From Candidatus Foliamicus sp. (GTDB lineage: Bacteria > Pseudomonadota > Gammaproteobacteria > Steroidobacterales > Foliamicaceae), in the NCBI GenBank assembly GCA_965221325.1, contig OZ244880.1: a DNA stretch of 64,000 nucleotides. The stretch is one strand, 5' to 3'. A program made the position numbers and the translations under genes. This document shows positions 23,907-32,462 of this stretch, piece after piece. Numbering within the stretch: position 1 is the first letter of the stretch; the number at the start of each line of letters is the position of its first letter. Under the pieces are notes generated by a model. The model did no database searches and was not told the origin of the DNA. It saw nothing but the letters and a program-made list of their open reading frames with translations.

Positions 23907-24599
23907 TCAGGGACGTGGCTGGCCCATCCGGATATGCACCTCGCCCACCCGTTCCACGCCCGCGGTGACATGATCGCCGGGCTTGAGAGGCCCTACGCCG
24001 GCCGGCGTTCCGGTAAAAATGAGGTCGCCCGGCTTCAGCTCGAAATACGCCGATATCTGAGCGATCAGGTTGCGGGGTTTATGCATCATCTTCTCCAGGT
24101 CCGCTTCCTGCCTGAGCTCGCCATTGACGCTCAGCCAGATGCGGCCCTTGGCCGGGTGGCCTATGCTGGATGCCCTGCGCAGGGTGCTGACCGGCGCCGA
24201 GTAGTCGAAGCTCTTGCTTTGTTCCCAGGGTTGACCGGCTTTCCTGGCTTTGGCCTGCAAGTCGCGGCGCGTGAGGTCTATGCCCACGCCGTAGCCGTAA
24301 ACGTGGTCCAGCGCTTCCTCGGCCGCGATGTTCAAACCCCCGCCTTGCAAGGCCACGACCAGCTCCACCTCGTGGTGCAGATCCTTTGTTTGTGGGGGAA
24401 ACGGAATTTCTCCACCGCCGGGCAGTAGCGCGTCCGCCGGCTTCATGAATACGGGAGGCTGCGGAACTAGCTCCCGCTTCATCTCCTGGACGTGGTCCAG
24501 GTAGTTCCAGCCGATGCAAAAGACACGGCGCGCCGGAAAGCGCCGTTCGATTCCCTTGACCGTCAGACTGGGACGGTAATAGTCAAACAATTCCGTCAT
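23907..24599 (-). CDS. Fumarylacetoacetate hydrolase (FAH) family protein
   Basis: About 230 aa; RVFCIGWNYLDHVQE, HHEVELVVAL and GDLIFTGTPAGVGPLKPGD are FAH-fold motifs. Start at MTELFDYY. Confidence 0.8.
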   Translation of the reverse strand: MTELFDYYRPSLTVKGIERRFPARRVFCIGWNYLDHVQEMKRELVPQPPVFMKPADALLPGGGEIPFPPQTKDLHHEVELVVALQGGGLNIAAEEALDHVYGYGVGIDLTRRDLQAKARKAGQPWEQSKSFDYSAPVSTLRRASSIGHPAKGRIWLSVNGELRQEADLEKMMHKPRNLIAQISAYFELKPGDLIFTGTPAGVGPLKPGDHVTAGVERVGEVHIRMGQPRP

Positions 24600-24711
24600 A
24601 ATCAATGGCGCTTTTACTATCAGTTCCCCGCGCCGGTGGCACACTTTCCCGGATTTTTGCGGGCGGGTCAAGACACACCCGCACTCCATACCTGCAAAGC
24701 GATACTGTCTG

Positions 24712-27700
24712 CTATCGAGCTTGCCGGGCGCGGCTCAGGCGGGGGGTGAAGCGGGCGGTGTGCGGGGCTGCGATGGGCGCGGGAGTCAGGTCGCCCAGGA
24801 GATCGGAGAGGTCTTCCAGGCGCCGAGCCACCAGGTGAACGACATCATTTTCGCGTTGCACTTCACCCTGTACGCCGAGCAGCACGGATCCCATCAACGT
24901 GTTCCGATTGCGCTCGAAAACGCCGGGCCAGAGCACCACGTTCACCACGCCGGTCTCGTCTTCGAGAGTCAGAAATACAACTCCGCTGGCGCTATGCGGC
25001 GCTTGCCGCACCAGCACCAGACCGGCGGCGGCGCACAGATCGCCTTGCGAGGCTTCGGCCATCATTTCCGCGTTCCAATAGCCGAGCGTTTCCAGTTGCG
25101 CTCGGCAAAATGCCAGCGGATGGCCTTTGAGACTGAGGCCCAGCGCATCGTAGTCGCGCAGAACGCGCTCGCCCGGCGCTTCGCTCGGCAGTGCGGCGGA
25201 CGGTTCGGCCGGCAACTCGTCGAGGCCGCCGGCGGCAAACAGGGGCAATGGCCGTCCGCCAGGCAACCGTTCTATCTCCCACAAGGCGCGCCGTCCGGTC
25301 ATGCCCATGGAAGCGAACGCGTCGGCGCGCGCCAGGTAGCGCAGCGCACCCTTGTCCAGAAACGTCCGGCGGCAGAGCGTGGCAATGTCCAGATAGCCCT
25401 CTTCCCGCCTCGCCGTCAGGCGCTCGGCGGCGGCGGCGCCCAAGCCGCGCACCTGCCGCAGACCCAGGCGCAGCGCCGGCCTGGTGCCGTTATCCGCGGT
25501 TAGTGTGCAGTCCACTTCGCTGAAGTTCACATCCACGGGCAGCACATTCACGCCGTGCTCGCGCGCGTCGCGCACGATCTGGGCGGGCGCGTAAAAGCCC
25601 ATGGGCTGGCTGTTGAGCAGGGCGCAAGCGAAAACTTCCGGATAGTGATGCTTGAACCATGCCGAGGCGTACACCAGGATTGCGAACGAGGCGGCGTGGC
25701 TTTCGGGGAATCCGTATTCGCCGAAGCCCTCGATCTGACTGAAGCACCGTTCGGCAAATTCCAGCGAGTAGCCACGACCGGTCATCCCGGCCACGAATTT
25801 CTCGCGGAACGCCTTTACGGTTCCGGTATTCCGGAAGGTGGCCATGGAGCGCCGCAGAGCGTCGGCCTGGGCCGGGCTGAAACCGGCAGCCACCACCGCA
25901 ATGCGCATGGCCTGCTCCTGAAACAGCGGTACGCCCAGCGTGTTGTCCAGCACTCTTCGCAGTTCTTCCGACGGATACTCGACCGGCTCCTTGCCGTGCC
26001 TGCGGCGCAGATAGGGGTGGACCATGTCGCCCTGTATGGGGCCGGGACGAACGATTGCCACCTCGATCACCAGGTCGTAGAAACAGCGTGGCCGCATACG
26101 CGGAAGAAAGCTCATCTGCGCCCGGCTCTCCACCTGAAACACGCCCACGGTATCGGCCCGGCAGAGCATGTCATAGACCTCCGGGTCCTCCGCCGGGATG
26201 TCCGCCAGCGTGAGCGGTCGATCATGGTGGCAGGCCAGCAGGTCCAGGCACTTTCTCAGGCAGGTGAGCATGCCCAGGGCCAGCACGTCCACCTTCAGCA
26301 TCCCGAGATCGTCGAGGTCGTTCTTGTCCCACTCGAGCATGGTGCGCCCGGCCATCGCAGCGTTGGAAATAGGCGCAACTTCGTCGAGGCGCCCACGTGT
26401 CATTACCATGCCGCCCGGATGCTGGGAAAGATGCCGCGGGAATCCCACCAGTTCGGCAGCCAGGGCCAGGACCGTTTTCAGCCGCGGGTGTTGCGGATCT
26501 AGCCCCAAGGCCTTGATGCGCGCCTCATCCGGCCAGCCGCCTTCCCGGCCCCAGATCTGTCCGGTCAGGGTATCCAGCATCGCGGGCGGCAAACCCAGCG
26601 CCTTGCCCGTTTCGCGCAGAGCGCTGCGCGGCCGATAGTGAATGACCGTGGCAGTGAGACCGGCACGCTCCCGGCCGTAGCGCCGATAGAGGTATTGAAT
26701 CACCTCCTCGCGCCGCTCGTGCTCGAAATCCACATCGATGTCCGGCGGCTCGCCGCGGTCGCTGGAAATGAAGCGCTCGAACAGGAGATCGATCTTTTCC
26801 GGGTCCACCGCGGTGATACCCAGGCAGAAGCAGACTGCGGAATTGGCCGCGCTGCCTCGCCCCTGGCAAAGAATGCCCTGTTCCCTGGCATGCCGCACCA
26901 GGTCGTGGATGGTGAGGAAATAAGGTGCGTAATCCAGCTCTTCGATCAGCTTGAGCTCGCGCTGCACAAGTTCCCGCACCCGCTGCGGAATGCCCCGCGG
27001 ATAACGCTCGGCCGCCGAGTCCCAGGTCAGCCGCTCCAGCCACTCCTGGCGCGTATATCCCGGCGGGGCCTGTTCTTCCGGATACTCGTAGCGCAGTTCG
27101 TCGAGGCTGAAGCGCAAGCCTGCCGCTATTTCTTCGCTGCGCGTCACGGCGTGCTCGTAGCCCTCGTAGAGACTCAGCATTTCGTCGGCGCTGCGCAAAT
27201 GGCGTTCGGCATTGGCGTCCAGCCGAAAGCCGGCGGCATCGATCGTCACGCCCTCGCGCACGCAAGTCATCAGGTCCGCAAGCGGTTTGCGGCAAGGCGC
27301 GTGCATCCAGGCATCCGCCACTGCAACCATCGGGATGGACTGCCTGGTGGCGATGGACGCAAGCCGCATGAGCCGGTTGGCATCCCCGCCATCGAAGCAA
27401 AGCGGCGCGGCCAGCCCCAATTTCCAGACGCCGGCGTTCTTCAGACGCGGCAAACAGGGAATGTCACTGGCGTGGGGCGGCGGCAACACCAGCAGTAGCT
27501 GGCCCTCGGCGTGTGCGCAGAGTTCGGTGAGGCTGAAATCGCACTCGCCCTTGGCGGCGCGGCGCTTGCCGAGCGTAAGCAGTCGGCACAGTCGGCCCCA
27601 GGCCGCGCGGTCACTGGGATAACAAAGAATATCCGGGCCGTCGCGCGGTTTGAGGCGCGCGCCCGGAAGAAACCGTATCCCCGCTTCGCGCGCCGCAACA

Positions 27701-27858
27701 TGACCCCGCACCAAGCCGGAAACGCTGTTGCAGTCGGTCAATCCAATTGCGGCAAGGCCCAGCTCGGCAGCCCGCGACACCATTTCTGCGGGATGTGATG
27801 CGCCGCGCAGAAAAGAGTAGTTGCTTGCTGCCGCCAGTTCGACGTAGGCCGCATTCAT
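24712..27858 (-). CDS. dnaE2: Error-prone DNA polymerase III alpha-like (DnaE2/ImuC)
   Basis: 1048 aa with an N-terminal PHP domain (YVELAAASNYSFLRGASHP). Lies directly downstream of imuA-imuB. Confidence 0.93.
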   Translation of the reverse strand: MNAAYVELAAASNYSFLRGASHPAEMVSRAAELGLAAIGLTDCNSVSGLVRGHVAAREAGIRFLPGARLKPRDGPDILCYPSDRAAWGRLCRLLTLGKRRAAKGECDFSLTELCAHAEGQLLLVLPPPHASDIPCLPRLKNAGVWKLGLAAPLCFDGGDANRLMRLASIATRQSIPMVAVADAWMHAPCRKPLADLMTCVREGVTIDAAGFRLDANAERHLRSADEMLSLYEGYEHAVTRSEEIAAGLRFSLDELRYEYPEEQAPPGYTRQEWLERLTWDSAAERYPRGIPQRVRELVQRELKLIEELDYAPYFLTIHDLVRHAREQGILCQGRGSAANSAVCFCLGITAVDPEKIDLLFERFISSDRGEPPDIDVDFEHERREEVIQYLYRRYGRERAGLTATVIHYRPRSALRETGKALGLPPAMLDTLTGQIWGREGGWPDEARIKALGLDPQHPRLKTVLALAAELVGFPRHLSQHPGGMVMTRGRLDEVAPISNAAMAGRTMLEWDKNDLDDLGMLKVDVLALGMLTCLRKCLDLLACHHDRPLTLADIPAEDPEVYDMLCRADTVGVFQVESRAQMSFLPRMRPRCFYDLVIEVAIVRPGPIQGDMVHPYLRRRHGKEPVEYPSEELRRVLDNTLGVPLFQEQAMRIAVVAAGFSPAQADALRRSMATFRNTGTVKAFREKFVAGMTGRGYSLEFAERCFSQIEGFGEYGFPESHAASFAILVYASAWFKHHYPEVFACALLNSQPMGFYAPAQIVRDAREHGVNVLPVDVNFSEVDCTLTADNGTRPALRLGLRQVRGLGAAAAERLTARREEGYLDIATLCRRTFLDKGALRYLARADAFASMGMTGRRALWEIERLPGGRPLPLFAAGGLDELPAEPSAALPSEAPGERVLRDYDALGLSLKGHPLAFCRAQLETLGYWNAEMMAEASQGDLCAAAGLVLVRQAPHSASGVVFLTLEDETGVVNVVLWPGVFERNRNTLMGSVLLGVQGEVQRENDVVHLVARRLEDLSDLLGDLTPAPIAAPHTARFTPRLSRARQAR

Positions 27859-27874
27859 GGGTCAGCCCGCGTTG

Positions 27875-29254
27875 TCAGGCAGCCAGCGCTTGAACGTACC
27901 AGCGCGGCGGCCCGCTGTCGGGCGCCTGTTTGCGGTATGCGCTAAAGCACCGCCCAAGCTCATCCTCCAACAGCCAGTATTCGCGGGCGTTTCGCTCCCC
28001 GCTGCGCCACCATTCCGGCGCTAAGCGCCGGGGTCCCTGCGCCCGCCGCAGGGTCAGCCGTTGGCGCCGCCAGCGAATCCAGGCCGGCGCACCGCCTGCC
28101 GCTGGGGCGGAAGCTTCCACGGGCTCGGCGTCTTCCAGCAACAGCAGCGGCGCGCGCATGGGCTTGCCGTTCGGTCTGAATGATGGATTCTCCGCCGGAC
28201 GCGGGTCCAGGGCGGAAATCAGCCGCCAGCGCCGTTCGGGCAGATAGCTGGCTTCCGCCACTGCAATGCGCACCGCCTCGGCTCCCAACCGGCTGCAAAG
28301 CCGATCCACGAGGCGCGCGAAATCGCCTTCCAGGTTGCCGGCGGAGGCCCCGGAAAGCCAGTCCGCCTGCTCTGCCGTTGCTTCTTCGGCATCGTAAGCA
28401 TGCAGGCTGACCGCGTCGTAGCCAACCCCGCGAGCCATGCTCGGCGGCTTCGCTTGCAGCTTTTCGTGCAGAAGCTCGGCCAGTTGCGGCGCCGGCTGAA
28501 TAAGACGCGCCGTGCGCAAACGATGCGTGAGGCATTCGCCGTCCGAGCGCAGCAGACGCAGTTCGAAGCGCCGCGAACCCATGCCCGCGGCGGACAATTG
28601 ACCGCAAATCCGAACGGCCAATTCAGCAGTCGCCGCGGCAATCGCTTGCTGCAAGACCACGGGGCTATCGAATTCCATGCGGGCCTCGAACCTGCGCGGC
28701 GGCGGCAGATAATCGAGCGGTTCGGGAGCATGGCCTGCGGCCTGCTGCAGGCGCAGAGCCGTCGCGGCGCCAAATCTGGCCTGCAGAGATTCGGGTGCAA
28801 TGCGGCTCAAGGCGCCGATCGTGTGCAGGCCCAATTCCCGCAATACGCTGCAAATTTCGGTCTCCAGCCGCAGCGCTTCAACCGGCCACGCGCCCATCGC
28901 CTCCAGCCCGCTGCCCGGCGCAAGCAGTACCACAGCTTCCGACGCGCCCCGGGTTCCGGCCCAGGCCGCGCCCGGAGTATCCGCAATGCAAACCTGCGCC
29001 GCTTCGCCCCGCCGACGCAACTCGGCCACAACCTCGCCCAACAGTTCGGATTCCCCGCCGAACAGGCCGATGGAGCCGGAAACATCCAGAAACAGGCTGT
29101 TGCCGGGGGCCAGGGCGATCTTCGGCGTAAAACGCCAGCAGTGATGCGCCAACTGCGCCAGGCGCTGCGCCAGCAACCGCGCCGCTGATTCAGCCGGCGG
29201 CGCGGATGTCGCTTGCTGGTGCAGGCGGTGCAGCCAAACGCAAACAATTCTCAT
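27875..29254 (-). CDS. imuB: Y-family-polymerase-like protein ImuB
   Basis: FLDVSGSIGLFGGE and the overall ImuB layout, positioned between imuA and dnaE2. ATG at 29254 (MRIVCVW) would overlap imuA by 65 nt, so the start is uncertain. Confidence 0.8.
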   Translation of the reverse strand: MRIVCVWLHRLHQQATSAPPAESAARLLAQRLAQLAHHCWRFTPKIALAPGNSLFLDVSGSIGLFGGESELLGEVVAELRRRGEAAQVCIADTPGAAWAGTRGASEAVVLLAPGSGLEAMGAWPVEALRLETEICSVLRELGLHTIGALSRIAPESLQARFGAATALRLQQAAGHAPEPLDYLPPPRRFEARMEFDSPVVLQQAIAAATAELAVRICGQLSAAGMGSRRFELRLLRSDGECLTHRLRTARLIQPAPQLAELLHEKLQAKPPSMARGVGYDAVSLHAYDAEEATAEQADWLSGASAGNLEGDFARLVDRLCSRLGAEAVRIAVAEASYLPERRWRLISALDPRPAENPSFRPNGKPMRAPLLLLEDAEPVEASAPAAGGAPAWIRWRRQRLTLRRAQGPRRLAPEWWRSGERNAREYWLLEDELGRCFSAYRKQAPDSGPPRWYVQALAA

Positions 29255-29918
29255 GCTCGCTCCATTCGATGTTCCATTCGCCGGGCGTCCAGCCGGGGGC
29301 CCGCTCAAGACCTATACGCCAGCTTCGCGCGCCCGGCAATTCGAATCCGCGCCAGGCCAGAGTGGAGGGCGCGCTCGGCAAGGGCTCCACGCGCCAGCGG
29401 GTGCGCGCGGAGGTGGCCTCGCGGAGCCTGGCGCCGCGCGCCAGGAAGACCCTCGACCCGCCGCGCAGGGCACGCAGCGACAAACGCCGCGAAGCGGTAA
29501 AGCCATAGTGCCGCTCCACGCCGGGCAAGCAGCCCACCACCGCCAGCAGCCCGGGGCAGTCCAGCGCTTGTTCCAGCGCCCAGAGCAGCTCCCGCTCATC
29601 GCCGGGCTCCACCAGCAGCAGATTGCGGGGGTTCAAACCGATTTCTTCGAAACCCTCGCCGCAGGGCAACCCCCAGCGGCGCGAAGATGCGCGCGTTTGC
29701 ACCCACACCAGACGGCCCGTAGAGGCGCCCGGTAATTCCGCGGCGCAACAGGCAAGCAGCGCCAGCGCGGCAGCCCGACCGCCGCTGCGCCCGCCTAGAA
29801 ACTCGTGAACTCCGGAACGCGCAAGCGTCGCAAGCGGCCAGCTTCGATCCGCTTCCGCACCCGAAACCGCCCGCAGAAGCCGGGGACGGGCGGTCAAGCG
29901 CTCCCTCCACCGGGCCAC
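29190..29918 (-). CDS. imuA: SulA/RecA-like translesion accessory protein ImuA
   Basis: GVHEF..., GRLVWVQTRA and LLWALEQALDCPGLLAVVG match the ImuA pattern. First gene of the cassette. Confidence 0.75.
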   Translation of the reverse strand: MARWRERLTARPRLLRAVSGAEADRSWPLATLARSGVHEFLGGRSGGRAAALALLACCAAELPGASTGRLVWVQTRASSRRWGLPCGEGFEEIGLNPRNLLLVEPGDERELLWALEQALDCPGLLAVVGCLPGVERHYGFTASRRLSLRALRGGSRVFLARGARLREATSARTRWRVEPLPSAPSTLAWRGFELPGARSWRIGLERAPGWTPGEWNIEWSEHENCLRLAAPPAPASDIRAAG

Positions 29919-30802
29919 GGCTCAATCCCGACGGCCTGCTCGCTCCAATCCCAAAGGCGCTTCATTTCCGCGCGGTCGTGGGAGGCGGGAGAACTCTCCT
30001 TGGTGGCCAGGTGCTCCCAATACTTGCCGGTTTCCTCCGCAATCGTCGGCGAAACCGCCAGGTACACATAGGTCCTCACCGAGCGTTCCGGATCGTTGAA
30101 GAACGGGCGCAGCAGCTTGCAGCCCAGACGGAACAGCCCGCGCATATTGTCGTAAACCGTCGTCTTGATGAAGTAGCCCGGAGAAATCGCGTTGACGGTT
30201 ACCCCGCTGCCTTCCAGACGGCGGGCCATTTCATAGGTTGTGAGGGTCATGGCCAGCTTGGACTGCTGGTAGGCGGCGAAGGCGCCGCGGTTGGAAACGC
30301 TGCGCCGCCCCCAGGGCTTCCTGATTTCCATGTCGTCCCAGTTCAGCGGCCCGCCGGCCTTGTGCCCGTCCGACGAAATCATGATCACGCGCGCCGGCGC
30401 CGACTCCTTCATGCGCTCCAGCAGCAGACGGGTGAGCAGGAAATGCCCGAGATGATGCACGGCCATGTGTTGCTCGAACCCATCCTCGCTCAGCCGATAG
30501 ACGGGATCGACGACTCCGGCGTTGTTGATCAGCACGTGCAGTTGGCCGTAGTGCTCAAGCACGTGCCGGGCAAGCGCGCGCACTTGCGTAAACGAGGAGA
30601 TGTCGCAATGCACGAATTCCAGCGCATCGTTGCCGGTCAACTCCACGATCTCGTCACGCGCCTGACGCCCTTCCTCGTCCTTGATATCCACCAGGATCAG
30701 CCGAGCGCCCAGGCTGGCCAGTTCGCGCGCGGCAATCCTTCCCATGCCGCGGGCGGTGCCGGTAATCAGGCAGGTTCTGTTACGCATGCTCTGTTCAATC
30801 AT
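29894..30802 (-). CDS. Short-chain dehydrogenase/reductase (SDR)
   Basis: TGTARGMGR (TGxxxGxG), NNAG and YQQSK (YxxxK). Confidence 0.85.
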   Translation of the reverse strand: MIEQSMRNRTCLITGTARGMGRIAARELASLGARLILVDIKDEEGRQARDEIVELTGNDALEFVHCDISSFTQVRALARHVLEHYGQLHVLINNAGVVDPVYRLSEDGFEQHMAVHHLGHFLLTRLLLERMKESAPARVIMISSDGHKAGGPLNWDDMEIRKPWGRRSVSNRGAFAAYQQSKLAMTLTTYEMARRLEGSGVTVNAISPGYFIKTTVYDNMRGLFRLGCKLLRPFFNDPERSVRTYVYLAVSPTIAEETGKYWEHLATKESSPASHDRAEMKRLWDWSEQAVGIEPWPGGGSA

Positions 30803-30854
30803 GGCTCTGTATCTCTCCCGACCTAACCTTCAAGTTTAGCCCGCCCCGGACACG

Positions 30855-30880
30855 CCGCTTGCTTCTCACTCTGCAAGCGG
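30855..30880. promoter_or_regulatory. Dyad CCGCTTGC-N10-GCAAGCGG in the divergent SDR/gor intergenic region
   Basis: Perfect 8-bp inverted arms read from the sequence. A second small dyad, GGCAT-N7-ATGCC, follows immediately. Confidence 0.25.
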
Positions 30881-30948
30881 CATTGGCCCGATGCCGGGAA
30901 GCGCCAGGCAGGTGTAGGAGAGTCCTGGAGACGTTATCCTTCCGGCCT

Positions 30949-32292
30949 ATGCGGGAATTCGACCTGGTTGTTGTGGGTGGCGGCAGCGGTGGCCTGGCGA
31001 CCGCTCAACGCGCGGCCGAGCGCGGCGCCCGGGTGGCGCTGATCGAGTCGGGACGTTTGGGGGGCACTTGCGTCAACCGCGGCTGCGTACCCAAGAAGGT
31101 CATGTGGCACGCCGCGGAACTGGCGCGCCAGCTTGCCGACTCCCGCGAGTACGGGTTCCATTTGTCCCTGGAGAGCCACGACTGGTCCGAACTGGTGCGC
31201 CGCCGGGAAAGCTACATCCGCCGTCTGAACGGAATCTACGTAGAAAACCTTCGCCGCCGGGGCGTGGAATATGTGGACGGATTCGCAGCATTTTCCGGCG
31301 CGCGGACTATTGCCGCGAACGGCGAGGAGTACGCCGCGCCGCGCATCCTGATCGCCACCGGGGGCGCGCCCGTGATTCCGGAGATTCCCGGGGCGGAACT
31401 GGGCATTACGTCCGACGATTTCTTCGCGCTGGAAAGCTGTCCGCGCAGGGCAGCCGTGGTGGGCGCCGGATATATCGCCGTGGAACTGGCCGGGATTCTG
31501 CGTGGACTGGGCTCGGAGGTAACGCTGCACCTGCGCCGCAAATCGGTGCTGCGGCGTTTCGACGAGATACTCCAACAGGCCTGTCTTGAGGGACTTGCCG
31601 ACGCGGGCGTGCGCATTGAGACGGATTTTTCGCCGACAGCCGTCGCCCGCAGCCAGAACGGACTGCACGTTACATCTTCCCGAGGCGCAAACAGCGGACC
31701 TTTCGATACGCTGCTTTGGGCCGTGGGCAGGCGGCCGCTAACCGACGATCTCGACTTGGAGACGCCTGGCGTGGCCCGCGATGCGCGCGGCGCGATCAAG
31801 GTGGACCAGTGGCAGGAAACCACCGCCCGTGGCGTGTTCGCCCTGGGCGACGTGACCGGTCGTCACGAGCTTACCCCGGTGGCGATCGCCGCCGGCCGAC
31901 GCTGGGCGGATCGGCAGTTCGGCGGCATGTCCGAACGCCGCATGGACTACACAAACATCCCGACGGTGGTGTTTGCGCATCCGCCACTGGGCTCGGTAGG
32001 GCTTACCGAGGCCGAAGCGCGCGACGCACATGGCGATACGGTGCGCTGTTACCGCTCCGAGTTCGTGCCGCTCTACTACGGCATCGCTGCCCACAAACCC
32101 AAGGCGCGCATGAAGCTGGTCACGGTGGGCGAGGAGCAGCGCGTGGTGGGATGCCACGTGGCCGGCCCGGGCGCGGACGAGATGCTGCAGGGTTTTGCCG
32201 TGGCCATCAGGATGGGCGCCCGCAAAGCAGACCTCGACGACACCGTCGCCATTCATCCCACCGCCGCCGAAGAACTCGTGACCATGCGCTAA
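30949..32292 (+). CDS. gor: Glutathione-disulfide reductase
   Basis: FAD motif VVGGGSGGLA, redox-active GGTCVNRGCVPKK, C-terminal HPTAAEELVTMR. Start at MREFDLVVVG. Confidence 0.9.
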   Translation: MREFDLVVVGGGSGGLATAQRAAERGARVALIESGRLGGTCVNRGCVPKKVMWHAAELARQLADSREYGFHLSLESHDWSELVRRRESYIRRLNGIYVENLRRRGVEYVDGFAAFSGARTIAANGEEYAAPRILIATGGAPVIPEIPGAELGITSDDFFALESCPRRAAVVGAGYIAVELAGILRGLGSEVTLHLRRKSVLRRFDEILQQACLEGLADAGVRIETDFSPTAVARSQNGLHVTSSRGANSGPFDTLLWAVGRRPLTDDLDLETPGVARDARGAIKVDQWQETTARGVFALGDVTGRHELTPVAIAAGRRWADRQFGGMSERRMDYTNIPTVVFAHPPLGSVGLTEAEARDAHGDTVRCYRSEFVPLYYGIAAHKPKARMKLVTVGEEQRVVGCHVAGPGADEMLQGFAVAIRMGARKADLDDTVAIHPTAAEELVTMR

Positions 32293-32391
32293 CCCGGATG
32301 AAGCCTTCGGGCATACCGGTGCGGTCCAGACCTGCTGACCGGTGACTGTGAGGGACCTCGGTCGCTGCCCCTGTCTGCGGCACGAAGCCGC

Positions 32392-32427
32392 CGCTATAGT
32401 CGCTCAAAGCTTCGGTGGCGCTATAGT
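32392..32427. repeat. Direct repeat CGCTATAGT x2 (27-bp spacing) upstream of the 481-aa ORF
   Basis: Copies at 32392-32400 and 32419-32427. Each contains a TATAGT -10-like hexamer. Confidence 0.3.
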
Positions 32428-32462
32428 GGCCTGTACGGAGCCGATCAGCTGGAGTCCAAGTG

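Noticed and set aside
24600-24711. GCGGGT-N8-ACCCGC hairpin and TTGACC/GAAAGT hexamers between dnaE2 and the FAH gene, considered as a terminator and promoter.
   Set aside because: On the transcribed (minus) strand the hairpin is followed by an A-run rather than a U-run, and the -10 hexamer is poor. It is plausible but unsupported.
32293-32462. Searched for direct repeats or att-like sequences shared by the island ends (32293-32462 versus 40214-40321).
   Set aside because: The best match is only about 10/13 (GGCGCTATAGTGG reverse-complemented versus CCACCCTAGCGGC). There is no tRNA gene at either end, so there is no convincing att site.
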